The notes: a model not told the origin generated them from the letters alone. A stretch of 59,500 nucleotides of DNA, filler included, from 6 parts of 6 records of this genome joined end to end with filler, not necessarily neighbours in it; one strand, 5' to 3'. Positions 9,399 to 19,398 are shown, counted from the whole stretch's first letter. Program-made: numbers and translations.

Positions 9399-10895
9399 AT
9401 GAGAAGGAAAGCAGGTGTATTGCTATTGGCCCTGTTGCTGCTGAGCAGCCTTTGTTTTGCAGGCGGACAGAAGGAAGAGGCGAGGTCCGACGGCCCACTT
9501 TATATCGGTCAGACATGGATCGTGAGGGCTCTGGATCCGACTCAGGGATCCAATCCCTGGGGATTAACCAGTCACGGTATTTCAGAGTACGTTTATATGC
9601 TCAACGATAAGGGGGAACTGAAGTCCCGCTTTGTTAAGGATCTGAAGCAGGTGGATGATCTGCACTGGAAGGCGGAAATGAAAGGGGGTGTCCTTTTTTC
9701 CGACGGCTCTCCCGTTGACGCCGAGGCCCTCTGCGCCTCCCTGAATACGGTTCAGGAAAAGAATCCCCTGTCGAACGCCACAGCCGGTAAAATGAGCTTT
9801 CAGGCTGACGGGGATCTTTCCTTTACCATCACCACCGCGAAACCGACCCATGTCATGTCCTCCGTCCTGGCGGAGTGGACCAATGTGGTGTTCAAGGAGA
9901 ACGGGAGCGGGGAGTACCTCTTCACCGGTCCCTATCAGGTGGAGGAGTATGCGCCCGGAGCGGAGCTGAAGCTTTCCCCCAATTCTTACTACCCCGGCAG
10001 TGATAAACGGGATGACATCACCATCAAGGCGTTCAAGGACGTCAGCGCCATGAAGCTGGCCAGAGAGAGCGGAGAGATTGACATGGCCTTCACGGTCACT
10101 CCCCAGGTCGCCGAAATGCTGAAGAAGAGCGACGGCATCGTCAAGAGCATCAACGCGGGCTACCAGTACTTCAGTATCCTCAATATCAACGGCAAGCTGA
10201 ACGATCCGGATCTGAGAGAAGCCCTGAATTACGGCCTGAGTAGAGAGGATTATATCGAAGCACTGAAGGGCGGTTCGGTCGCGAACGGGATGTTCGCTCA
10301 TTACTACTCCTTCGCAGGCGACAGCAAGGTCGTTCATGATGGGGAGAAGGCGAACGGCCTTCTCGATAAGGCGGGCTGGCAGCTCGAGTCCGACGGATTC
10401 CGCTATAAAGACGGCGAGCCCCTGACATTCAGAATCATTACATACGCTTCCCGTCCAGACCTGATGACCATTATGCAGATCATGGCTTCCCAGCTGAAGA
10501 CAATGGGAATACAGGTGGATACGGAGATCGTAGAGAATATCGCCACGTCCCTCAAAGAGGGGCGGTTCGACATGGCTCTGTATGCCCAGCATACCGCTCC
10601 CACGGGGAATCCCGCTTTCTTCCTGAACCAGTTCTTCGGTCCCGACGGAGCCAGCAACTACTGCAACTACAGCTCCCCCAGGGTAGACGCTCTTCTGGCC
10701 CAGTTGGGTGAACTTCCCTTCGGAGAAGAGATGGATAAGAAAGCAAGAGAGATCCAGAGCGTCATCTTTGAGGATCTGCCCGTGCTCTACCTTGTCGACC
10801 CTCAGTGGCACATCGCCGTATCCGATAGGATGGCCGATTACGAGCCCTATTCCGGCGATTACTACATTATCAATGCCCAGTTAGGCCTCAAGTAG
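9399..10895 (+). CDS. Peptide/nickel (Opp/Nik, family 5) ABC transporter substrate-binding protein
   Basis: Signal peptide + AGGQKEE; GVLFSDGSPVDAE, FTGPY, LLDKAGW..DGFRYKDGEPL. Confidence 0.92.
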   Translation: MRRKAGVLLLALLLLSSLCFAGGQKEEARSDGPLYIGQTWIVRALDPTQGSNPWGLTSHGISEYVYMLNDKGELKSRFVKDLKQVDDLHWKAEMKGGVLFSDGSPVDAEALCASLNTVQEKNPLSNATAGKMSFQADGDLSFTITTAKPTHVMSSVLAEWTNVVFKENGSGEYLFTGPYQVEEYAPGAELKLSPNSYYPGSDKRDDITIKAFKDVSAMKLARESGEIDMAFTVTPQVAEMLKKSDGIVKSINAGYQYFSILNINGKLNDPDLREALNYGLSREDYIEALKGGSVANGMFAHYYSFAGDSKVVHDGEKANGLLDKAGWQLESDGFRYKDGEPLTFRIITYASRPDLMTIMQIMASQLKTMGIQVDTEIVENIATSLKEGRFDMALYAQHTAPTGNPAFFLNQFFGPDGASNYCNYSSPRVDALLAQLGELPFGEEMDKKAREIQSVIFEDLPVLYLVDPQWHIAVSDRMADYEPYSGDYYIINAQLGLK

Positions 10896-10911
10896 GACTC
10901 ATCGGGTGAAG

Positions 10912-10944
10912 TGGCGCATCAGCCTCCCCGGCTTTGATGCGCCA
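10912..10944. terminator. Intergenic stem-loop after the SBP gene
   Basis: TGGCGCATCA...TGATGCGCCA 10-bp perfect inverted repeat; supports permease start at 10966 rather than 10906. Confidence 0.55.
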
Positions 10945-10965
10945 TGTTATACCTGCGGAAATGCG

Positions 10966-11907
10966 ATGGCAAAAGAATCAGCCCCGTCCCTATACCTTCC
11001 CCTCTTCGTGAAATGGATGGTGATATTCATCATTTCCAGCCTGCTCATCTTCTCTGTTACCAGGTTCATGCCCGTCAGTCCCATGGAGATGATGCTGAGC
11101 GCTAGACAGCTTCCCCATACGAGGGAAAATATCGACGCATTGAGCAGGGAGTGGGGATTGGATAAGCCTGTTCACATCCAATACCTCAGCTGGATAAAGG
11201 ACTTCGTCCTGGGGGACTGGGGGAAGTCCTATATCACCGGAAGGCCCATCCGAGAGGATCTTCTGAAAAGGATCCCCTATTCTCTCTCCATCGGTCTGGG
11301 GGGGATCCTCCTTTCCATTCCCATCTCCTTCGCTCTGGGATACATGGCCTGCTACAGGAAAGGGATATGGGATCTTCTATCCCGGCTCCTCTCCCTGTTC
11401 AACCAGACCGTGCCGGTATTCATACTGTCCCTTATCATCATTTATTACTTCGGTGTCAAGTTTAAGCTTGTCAGGTTCTTTACGGATAACCACGGCATAT
11501 CCCTGGTTACGGCGACCCTGCTGATGTCTCTCTATACCTCGGGAGTCCTCTCCCGCGTGGTTAAAACCCACTTCATGGAGGTCCTGGAAGAGAGTTATGC
11601 CCTCCGCCTGCTTTCCCAGGGTTTCTCTCCCGCATACATCCTTTTGAGACATGGCGCCAAGCCTGTTTTGTACGGCCTGAATGCGGCATTGATCGCCAGG
11701 TTCGCATCCGTTCTGGGCGGGGCCGCGGTTGTGGAGTTCGCTTTTGCCATACCAGGCGTCAGTTACTTTCTGGTGGAGAGCATGTCCCGCAGAGACTACA
11801 ATGTGATTCAGTCCTATATGATGCTGATCGTCGTTTGGATGTTTGTCGTACAGCTATTGTTTCGGATTATCCAGTCCGGGCTTGACGTAAGGAATCGCCC
11901 CCATTGA
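10966..11907 (+). CDS. Opp/Nik ABC permease (OppB/NikB-type)
   Basis: GLDKP...QYLSW..GDWGKS; VEFAFAIPG; RDYNVIQ. Confidence 0.88.
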   Translation: MAKESAPSLYLPLFVKWMVIFIISSLLIFSVTRFMPVSPMEMMLSARQLPHTRENIDALSREWGLDKPVHIQYLSWIKDFVLGDWGKSYITGRPIREDLLKRIPYSLSIGLGGILLSIPISFALGYMACYRKGIWDLLSRLLSLFNQTVPVFILSLIIIYYFGVKFKLVRFFTDNHGISLVTATLLMSLYTSGVLSRVVKTHFMEVLEESYALRLLSQGFSPAYILLRHGAKPVLYGLNAALIARFASVLGGAAVVEFAFAIPGVSYFLVESMSRRDYNVIQSYMMLIVVWMFVVQLLFRIIQSGLDVRNRPH

Positions 11908-12692
11908 AAAAGCTGCTGCTCTCTCTCATTTTGATTCTCCTGATTCTGGCTTTCGCTGTGAAGCCTTCCCGGGATCCGGGGCATGTGAGCCTGGGCAATA
12001 CCTTCGCCTCCCTGAGTTTCGAACATCCCCTGGGGACCGATTATCTGGGCCGGGATGTCTGGGCTCTTATGGTCTATGGATTCAAAAGGACGTGTCTCGT
12101 CGTGTTTATCGGCAGCGCTTCTGCCCTGTCCGTCGGCGTCCTTCTGGGATTGATCGCCGGATACAAAGAAGGGATCCCAGAGGATACAATACAGATCGTA
12201 ACGGACCTCTCTCTGATCGTTCCCTCCTTTATCGTGGCCCTGATCGCATCCGCCCTGTGGGGGCTGACGCCCTTGACGGCGGGATTGACGCTGGGGCTCT
12301 TTGACATAGGGAGTTATACGAAGCAGGTGAAGGAGCTGACGAGGAAGATCAAGCACGGCACCTTTATCGAAGCCGAGCATGTGTTGGGAATCTCCGAGAT
12401 AAGAATCCTTATGTTCCATATCCTCCCCCATGTCATCGCCCCCGTCAAAGCGGTTTTCGCAAACAAAGCTTCGGGCCTTATCATTCAGTTCGCCTCCCTC
12501 TCCTTCATCGGCCTGGGAACCGATTTGACAAAACCCGACTGGGGAACCCTGCTCTTCGAATACAGAATCTATTTGACGAGCCATCCCCTCCTGATCCTCT
12601 GGCCCTCGGTCGGCATATTCCTGTTCGCCCTGTCCTTTCATATTGTCTTTGATGACCGTGAAGAGAAACTGAGGAATGATCTGTATGTGTAA
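11904..12692 (+). CDS. Opp/Nik ABC permease (OppC/NikC-type)
   Basis: HPLGTDYLGRDV; LSFIGLG..PDWG; TTG start overlapping upstream stop. Confidence 0.9.
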   Translation: MKKLLLSLILILLILAFAVKPSRDPGHVSLGNTFASLSFEHPLGTDYLGRDVWALMVYGFKRTCLVVFIGSASALSVGVLLGLIAGYKEGIPEDTIQIVTDLSLIVPSFIVALIASALWGLTPLTAGLTLGLFDIGSYTKQVKELTRKIKHGTFIEAEHVLGISEIRILMFHILPHVIAPVKAVFANKASGLIIQFASLSFIGLGTDLTKPDWGTLLFEYRIYLTSHPLLILWPSVGIFLFALSFHIVFDDREEKLRNDLYV

Positions 12693-13485
12693 GACCGCCC
12701 TTCATGTAAAGGGTCTCAGCGTCCGAATCAGGAATAAGAAACGTGAAAAGACCATACTCCATGATCTCTCCTTTGCTGTGAAAGAGAGGGACAGGCTGGG
12801 AATCGTTGGATACTCGGGCAGCGGCAAGAGTACGCTGGCATTCGTTCTGACAAATCTCCTCTCACCGGGGAGCGCTTCGGTCAGGGGAAGCATCTCATAC
12901 TTCGGCGGTCCGAATATCCTGGATATGCCGGTTGCCGAACGCAGAGCTTTTATCTCCGGCCAGGTTTCGATCATCCTGCAGGACGCTCTCAACAGCTTGG
13001 ATCCCTTTGAAACAGTTGGGAGCCAGCTGGTCGAGCTCATCCGCTTATGCAAAGGGGGATCGAAGAAAGAGGCGGCCCCTATGGTCGATCCTCTCCTGGG
13101 GAAGGTGGGGATGAATACGGAACGCAATATCGTGAGGCTCTATCCTCATCAGCTGTCGGGAGGGATGAAGCAAAGGGTCGCCATTGCCCTCGCTCTGGCT
13201 TTAGAGCCTGAAATCCTGATTGCGGATGAACCGACAGCTTCTTTGGATGCCTATCATCAGCTCTCCTTTGTCAGATTGCTTGAGAAGGTCTGCGAAGAGA
13301 ACGGGATCACCTTATTGTATATCAGTCATAATCTGGCGCTGGTCAGCAAGCTCTGCAACAGGGTTATGGTAATGGATGAAGGCGTGATCGCGGAAGAAGG
13401 GAGGGGGCATGATGTTTTCAGCTCTCCCGAATCGCCGGTTACGATTTCCCTGATGGAAGGCGCCAGGTCTTTCAACCTGGCTTGA
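12685..13485 (+). CDS. Opp/Nik ABC ATPase (OppD-type)
   Basis: Walker A GYSGSGKS; YPHQLSGGMKQR; IADEPT (alternative start 12676). Confidence 0.92.
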   Translation: MCKTALHVKGLSVRIRNKKREKTILHDLSFAVKERDRLGIVGYSGSGKSTLAFVLTNLLSPGSASVRGSISYFGGPNILDMPVAERRAFISGQVSIILQDALNSLDPFETVGSQLVELIRLCKGGSKKEAAPMVDPLLGKVGMNTERNIVRLYPHQLSGGMKQRVAIALALALEPEILIADEPTASLDAYHQLSFVRLLEKVCEENGITLLYISHNLALVSKLCNRVMVMDEGVIAEEGRGHDVFSSPESPVTISLMEGARSFNLA

Positions 13486-13492
13486 GGAGCTT

Positions 13493-14305
13493 ATGGCAGA
13501 GACGGATAGAGTATTCCCGGTGGAAGCGGTGCAGCTGTGCAAAAGCTTTTCTCAGCAGAAATCGCTGTTCCCTTTTGCCGGGAGTCTTGAAAAAGAGGCC
13601 GTTAAGGATGTCGACTTCAGGATTCGAAAAGGGGAAGTGCTCGCACTGGTAGGGGAATCGGGTTGCGGCAAGTCTACCATCGCCAGGATGCTTTTGGGGC
13701 TGGAAAAACCCACAAAGGGCGGTCTCAGGCTTTTTGGTGAAAACGTGCTTGCCTATGGTCGCCAGGACTGGCTCCGCATCCGCCCCAGGATACAGATGAT
13801 CTTCCAGAATCCCTACGCATCCCTGAACCCGAAGCATAAGATCGTATGGAGTCTTCTTGAGGCTCTGCGGGAACACAGGATGGTATCAAGCCGGGAAGAG
13901 GGGATCAGCCGTATAGAAGATCTGTTGGCTGCATTCAGTTTGCCGGCCCGCTCATTGCAGCGATACCCCCATCAGTTTTCCGGGGGACAGCTCCAGCGTC
14001 TTTCCATCGCCCGGGCGCTGCTCCTGAAGCCTGAAGTCCTGATCGCTGATGAAATGCTTTCCGCGCTGGATGTTGACGCGAAGCTTCAGATCATCGATCT
14101 CTTGAACGGAATAATGGCCGAAAGGGGGCTCTCCTGCCTGTTCATCACACATAATCTGGGCGTAGCCCTGAGGATCTCCGACAGGATCATGGTGATGAAA
14201 GACGGCGAGATACTTGAAACACAGGAAAGCGGCCAGCTTTTCAGTTCTCCCCGGACGGATTATACAAGGTCCCTGATTTCTTCTATACCGCATTTCAGAT
14301 ATTGA
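13493..14305 (+). CDS. Opp/Nik ABC ATPase (OppF-type)
   Basis: GESGCGKS; IFQNPYASLNP; YPHQFSGGQLQR. Confidence 0.92.
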   Translation: MAETDRVFPVEAVQLCKSFSQQKSLFPFAGSLEKEAVKDVDFRIRKGEVLALVGESGCGKSTIARMLLGLEKPTKGGLRLFGENVLAYGRQDWLRIRPRIQMIFQNPYASLNPKHKIVWSLLEALREHRMVSSREEGISRIEDLLAAFSLPARSLQRYPHQFSGGQLQRLSIARALLLKPEVLIADEMLSALDVDAKLQIIDLLNGIMAERGLSCLFITHNLGVALRISDRIMVMKDGEILETQESGQLFSSPRTDYTRSLISSIPHFRY

Positions 14306-14620
14306 TCCTTCTTATTGTAGAATAAACGATCAATAGATTTATGCGGCCTCATAAGGATGTTCAAGGACGCGCTTTTGACTTGTAAAGAACAGAACTTTGC
14401 TATTACCTGGACGCAGATCATACTACGAGAGCTGCCAATCGCTGAAACGTGGCTTTCTCGTTAACCCTATCGGAAAATGGTGATGAGGAGTGATCAGAAT
14501 CTTATACCTGTCATGGCGAGGAGGATGATTCGTTCGAAGAACTGATTTATAGCTTACGGTGGATTGAAGTGGATATCCGTATTACACTCTATGGCTAATG
14601 GAATAATCGGGGTTACGACA

Positions 14621-15202
14621 ATGATACGGATATTATTACTCTCATTCACTCTTTTGACAGCTTCGCCTCTATTGATCTCTTCCCAGAGCCTTAAACAGAA
14701 AGGAGCTGTCCGGATCGTTCAGAACGGTTCCGAGCTGGAAGCGCGGGGCGGCATAATCGAGATCCGGCACAAACCCTTTGAGATCGTCGTAAGCGGAGTC
14801 GATGAAGAAGACAATATCGCCGTCTTCGCCTCTCCCCGGGACCGGATGTTGGACCGGTACCGCCTTCCGGTCAGCACCTCCGACACCCTTATGTTCGCCC
14901 CCGGAACGGGAATCGCCATGCCGCCCAATGCCGACCGGAAGTTCTTCCTCAGGATCAACAGGGATATGTCCCAGAACTACTTCAGCGGGGACAGAAGGAT
15001 CCATACCGGAAACCAGGCGGTCATTCAGATAAAGGGGATCATCGATCCCTATGACCAGTTCGCCGGGAAAGATACGGCCTATCTGACTCTCTTCGTGGAC
15101 TTCAATAGAAACAGAATGATCGAAGAGGACGAAGTCGCAGAGCTGGTATTAAAGCTTATCCGGTTCGAAAAGAGATCCGCAAAGGGAAAGAGCAGGCATT
15201 AG
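14621..15202 (+). CDS. Hypothetical exported protein
   Basis: Hydrophobic signal-like N-terminus MIRILLLSFTLLTAS; host-like codon usage; start uncertain (ORF from 14564). Confidence 0.6.
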   Translation: MIRILLLSFTLLTASPLLISSQSLKQKGAVRIVQNGSELEARGGIIEIRHKPFEIVVSGVDEEDNIAVFASPRDRMLDRYRLPVSTSDTLMFAPGTGIAMPPNADRKFFLRINRDMSQNYFSGDRRIHTGNQAVIQIKGIIDPYDQFAGKDTAYLTLFVDFNRNRMIEEDEVAELVLKLIRFEKRSAKGKSRH

Positions 15203-15328
15203 GCATTGCGGCGGCGAAACACCCGACGCTTTTCGGGATGGTCCAGACCTGGCGCGTTATCCGAGGATTGATATGTATTCATGAAAGCGGACTTTCCTGT
15301 ATACTGTTTCTGAGGAGTGACGCGCACT

Positions 15329-15952
15329 ATGATGTCCATAAGTTTTATTTTTATATTCTCATTAACCGTTTTTATAGCCTCCATTATCCCCGGCCCCAGC
15401 ATGCTCCTGGCCCTGACCCACGGCATGCAGTACGGGATCAGGAGGACTCTGGCGTCCGCCATGGGGAATGTCTTTGTCACCCTTCTCCAGGCGTCAGTCT
15501 CCATTGCCGGACTGGGGACTATCCTGATGGCCTCCCGCACACTCTTTGTGGCTGTGAAATGGCTCGGAGCCGCTTACCTGCTCTTCATCGGACTGAGCTT
15601 TCTGTTCTCTAAGAAGGATTTCAATGCAGAGTATGATGAACAGGCAGTGAAGAGCGGTTCCACGGGAAGGATGTTTGCCCAGGCCATGGTTGTTACGGCG
15701 GCCAATCCCAAGGCGATCGTATTCTTTACCGCCGTCTTTCCCCAGTTCATCGATACCGGCTCTTCCCTTGTGGCACAGTCTGCGGTTCTCCTTGGCATTA
15801 TCGGCATCATCGCCTTCCTGTGCTTTATGGCCTATGCCGTGGGAGGTCGCAAGATCTTTTCGCTCTTCGCCAAAACCGGGGTCTCCAGATACATTAAAAA
15901 GTTTTTTGGTATCAGCTTTATCGGGGCGGGCATCGGACTGGCCGCGAGCTGA
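15329..15952 (+). CDS. LysE/RhtB family amino-acid exporter
   Basis: IPGPS, KWLGAAYL, NPKAIVFF.AVFPQF; GAGGAG RBS upstream. Confidence 0.9.
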   Translation: MMSISFIFIFSLTVFIASIIPGPSMLLALTHGMQYGIRRTLASAMGNVFVTLLQASVSIAGLGTILMASRTLFVAVKWLGAAYLLFIGLSFLFSKKDFNAEYDEQAVKSGSTGRMFAQAMVVTAANPKAIVFFTAVFPQFIDTGSSLVAQSAVLLGIIGIIAFLCFMAYAVGGRKIFSLFAKTGVSRYIKKFFGISFIGAGIGLAAS

Positions 15953-15959
15953 CTGCTGT

Positions 15960-16973
15960 ATGGAAATGACCATGCCGGGAACACAGAGAATCGAGAGCGC
16001 CAGGCTGACTCTCAGGCCGTTTGACGCAGGGGACGGAGAGAGCATCTTGCGGAACTGGATCTCCGACAAGGAGATCCAGAGCAACTACGGAGAGCCCGCA
16101 TGCAAAACCCTGGAAGAGGCGCGGCAGTACATCGCCCGTGTCTGCGCTCAGTATGAACGCGGGGACTATTACCGCTGGATCATCGTGGAGAAGGCTTCGG
16201 ACGAGTGCATCGGGCAGATCGCTTTTTACGATATGAATCTCCGGCACAGAACCGCGGAAGTGGAGTACTGCATCGGGAAGGCCTTTCAAAGGCAGGGCTA
16301 TGCCGCCGAATCGCTCAAGGCCGTCGTTGCCTTTAGCTTTGCCCGAACGTCCATCGATCGCATCCAGGCCTTTCACAGGGGGCGGAATCCCATCTCGGGA
16401 AAGGTTCTGCTCCGCGCCGGGCTGAAGTATGAAGGAACCCAGAAAGGGGCCTTCCGCTACCAGGATTCGGGAGAGATTGACGACAAGGTCTGCTACGGAC
16501 TCTCCAGGGAAGAGTATGCCTTATCCCCGGGCGGGAGCGGGGAAAGAAAGCAGGACATCGTCCATATCGCCCTCGTTGTCCGGGACTACGACGAGGCCAT
16601 CGACTTCTATACGAAGAAACTGCACTTCACAGTCTTGGAGGACAGTTATCAGCCCGAGCAGGACAAGCGCTGGGTCGTTGTCTCTCCTCCCGGTTCCTCC
16701 GGGACGACCATACTGCTGGCGCGGGCGTCCAAGGCGGAACAGAACGATTTCATTGGGAACCAGTCGGGAGGCAGGGTCTTCCTCTTTCTCAATTCGGACG
16801 ATTTCTGGAGAGACTATGACGAGATGGTCTCCAGGGGGATCGAGTTCGTCAGACCGCCGAAAGAGGCGGATTACGGAATGGTCGCCGTCTTCAAGGACCT
16901 CTACGGCAATCTATGGGATCTGCTGCAGATGAATCCGGATCATCCTATAAGCCGGAGATTCAGCTCAGAATAA
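15960..16973 (+). CDS. GNAT (RimJ/RimL-type) acetyltransferase fused to a VOC/glyoxalase domain
   Basis: IESARLTLRPF, QRQGYAAE, NPISGKVL.RAG; then HIALVVRDYDEAIDFY...FKDLYGNLWDL in the same frame. Confidence 0.85.
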   Translation: MEMTMPGTQRIESARLTLRPFDAGDGESILRNWISDKEIQSNYGEPACKTLEEARQYIARVCAQYERGDYYRWIIVEKASDECIGQIAFYDMNLRHRTAEVEYCIGKAFQRQGYAAESLKAVVAFSFARTSIDRIQAFHRGRNPISGKVLLRAGLKYEGTQKGAFRYQDSGEIDDKVCYGLSREEYALSPGGSGERKQDIVHIALVVRDYDEAIDFYTKKLHFTVLEDSYQPEQDKRWVVVSPPGSSGTTILLARASKAEQNDFIGNQSGGRVFLFLNSDDFWRDYDEMVSRGIEFVRPPKEADYGMVAVFKDLYGNLWDLLQMNPDHPISRRFSSE

Positions 16974-17044
16974 CAGGATCTGATTCTCTTCCGGAACAGG
17001 CTATGGTACTATGCTGTCAGTGCTGTACAGCTGGGGGAATATTC

Positions 17045-17365
17045 ATGAAATGTTTTTATCATAACGACAGAGACGCCGTCGCCCTGTGCAAGAGCTGCAG
17101 CAGGGCCCTTTGCCCCGATTGTCTGTCTGAGACCGGATTTTCAATCGCCTGTAAGAACAGATGCGAGGACAGGGTCAGGCAGATAGACGGGGTTGTGAGC
17201 CGGAGCATTGCGACCGTACAGAATACGAAGGTCTTCTCCTTCCGGGGATTTCTCTTCCTATTTCTTGCGGGGCTGACTTTTCTTGTATTCGGAATACTGA
17301 ATCTGAGCGATATCAAGTTCAGCGTATTCCTGTTCGTCCTCGGTTCTATCTTTATAATGAGCGCG
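17045..17365 (+). CDS. Membrane protein with N-terminal B-box-like zinc finger (truncated by contig end)
   Basis: MKCFYH..AVALCKSC.RALC..C followed by two TM helices. Confidence 0.7.
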
Positions 17366-17465
17366 NNNNNNNNNNNNNNNNNNNNNNNNNNNNNNNNNNN
17401 NNNNNNNNNTTAATTAATTAANNNNNNNNNNNNNNNNNNNNNNNNNNNNNNNNNNNNNNNNNNNN
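17366..17465. other. Artificial contig spacer
   Basis: N44 + TTAATTAATTAA + N44. Confidence 0.98.
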
Positions 17466-17776
17466 TGCATCTTTTCCTTGGGCAGTCCGCCAAGGGCCTC
17501 AGCGATATCCTTGTTGCTGACCTTGGAAGCTTCATCAAGGGTCATGCCCTTAATCAGCTCGGTAAGCACGGAGCTGGAAGCGATAGCACTTGCGCAGCCG
17601 AAAGTCTGAAACTTTGCATCCACAATGCGCTCGTCATCATCAATTTTGAGAAAAAGCCTCAGAGCATCACCACAGGAGAGAGAGCCGACTTCGCCGATGG
17701 CATCCGCGTCTTCAATTACCCCTACATTCTGGGGGTTGAGAAAGTGTTCCTGTACCTTATTTGTATATTCCCACAT
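17466..17776 (-). CDS. nifU: Fe-S cluster scaffold NifU, N-terminal part (truncated by contig end)
   Basis: [44 protein letters not shown]. Confidence 0.9.
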
Positions 17777-17890
17777 ATTATCCTCCGCATCTCTATTGCG
17801 TGAATCAGGTTTATAAGAAATATCTTAAGCATACCCTCTTCCGAATATTTTCGAAAGAAAAACGGCCTGCCTTCTATTTTCAACAAAATT

Positions 17891-17909
17891 TCATACCATT
17901 TTGGTATGA
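17891..17909. promoter_or_regulatory. Palindromic candidate operator upstream of nifU
   Basis: TCATACCA-TTT-TGGTATGA perfect 8-3-8 inverted repeat. Confidence 0.45.
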
Positions 17910-18062
17910 TTTATTCTACGCTCAAGCCCCTTGCTTAGCAAGTTTTTTGTGCTTTCACCCTAAATATTAGGTTGTAATCTTTAAATGACAAGAGGGGAAA
18001 CCGGAATTCCCCCATTTTTACCAGTATAAGAGGGCGAAGCTATAATAAAAGTTTTTGGGGTT

Positions 18063-18134
18063 CTTAGCCCTTTTTTCAAAAAGGGCTAAGCCGCCGGAGG
18101 CGAACTCTATTCATCAACGCGCAAAGCGCATCAA
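18063..18134. repeat. Intergenic REP-like repeat with hairpin, 3' of buk
   Basis: CTTAGCCCTTTTT-TC-AAAAAGGGCTAAG hairpin then GCCGCCGGAGGCGAA, matching 34899-34913 in reverse complement. Confidence 0.7.
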
Positions 18135-19219
18135 CTCCTGTATTCCTGTGGCTGCAGCTCACCGCGCAACACCGCCAGACCGCCCCGGCCCATAACTTCC
18201 ATTTCTTCAAGGCCGGTAACAACTTTAACCGGAGCAATGAATCCGACTACATCTTTCACAGCCTTGACCAGCAACTCACTGCGGGCAACACCGCCGGTAA
18301 GAATGATCGCATCAATGGGCTGCTTTTGCGGATCGTCCTTCATCAGAGCCGGAATAAATGAACAAATATGCTTGGAAGCATTGTACACCAACGCTTCAAG
18401 CACCAGACGGGCTTCCTCGTCCCCTTCTTCCATCCGTGCCTGAACTTCGCGCATATCGTTGGTTCCGAGCAACCCGAGAACGCCTGATCTGGAGGTCACA
18501 ACTTTACGCATCTCATCAAAAGTATATTGCCCTGATTCCACAAGATTGAGCACAGGAAGGATAGGTAGTGTCCCGGAACGTTCCGGACTGAAAGGACCTT
18601 CACCATCAAGGGCATTGATAACATCAACCACCTTGCCGTACCGGTGGGCACCGATGGAAACCCCGCCCCCCATGTGGCCGACAATGAACTTCGCTTTCTC
18701 GTACTCCAACCCCATTTCAGCAGCCACACTGCGGGCAACGCCACGCTGGCTCAAGGCATGAAACACACTGCGTCGCTTGATTTCCGGAAGCCCGGTAACC
18801 TTGGCAACTGGGTCCATTTCATCAGTGACAACCGGGTCCATTATCATAGACGGCACTCCCCACACCTCTGCAAATTCACGGGCGAGAACAGCCCCGAGAT
18901 TACAGGGATGAACACCGTAACGCCCGCTTTTCAGATCGGAAAGCATTGCATCATTTATTGAGTAGGGTCCGCCGGGGATGGGTTTAAGCAAACCGCCACG
19001 CCCCACAACCATATCCGGTATTCCGTTTACAAGCTCATCTTTAATAAGCTCCATAACAGCTGCACTACGAAACTCTTTCTGTTCCATTACAGTGGAAAAT
19101 TCATCTATTCTTTCACGGGGATGGCTAACTTCAGCATCAAAACATATTTTTCCGTCGTTAAAGATCGCCACTTTAGTTGATGTTGATCCGGGATTGATTA
19201 CAAGAATTCTCGAACCCAT
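18131..19219 (-). CDS. buk: Butyrate kinase
   Basis: ILVINPGSTSTK; GRGGLL.P; H..NLG; DPVVTDE; FHAL.Q; HMGGG.S; GPFSPERSG. Confidence 0.95.
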   Translation of the reverse strand: MGSRILVINPGSTSTKVAIFNDGKICFDAEVSHPRERIDEFSTVMEQKEFRSAAVMELIKDELVNGIPDMVVGRGGLLKPIPGGPYSINDAMLSDLKSGRYGVHPCNLGAVLAREFAEVWGVPSMIMDPVVTDEMDPVAKVTGLPEIKRRSVFHALSQRGVARSVAAEMGLEYEKAKFIVGHMGGGVSIGAHRYGKVVDVINALDGEGPFSPERSGTLPILPVLNLVESGQYTFDEMRKVVTSRSGVLGLLGTNDMREVQARMEEGDEEARLVLEALVYNASKHICSFIPALMKDDPQKQPIDAIILTGGVARSELLVKAVKDVVGFIAPVKVVTGLEEMEVMGRGGLAVLRGELQPQEYRS

Positions 19220-19398
19220 TCATATTCTCCGTAAATTTGCTGCAAGTTTAAGTTTATGCATTATGTGCTAAAATGGAGAAAAACAAAAGTAGCACCCTAC
19301 ATTCCCGGACTCCTTGACTAAAATCAAGTCGGAGTTACTTTTTAAAATATGATATAATTACAAATACAAACAATACCTTTCACCAAAAGGCCGCCGCT

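Noticed and set aside
9582-10811. 409-aa antisense ORF
   Set aside because: Shadow of the GC3-biased SBP gene; no recognisable motifs
17410-17421. TTAATTAATTAA repeated five times and ORFs running into X residues
   Set aside because: Assembly linker, not biology
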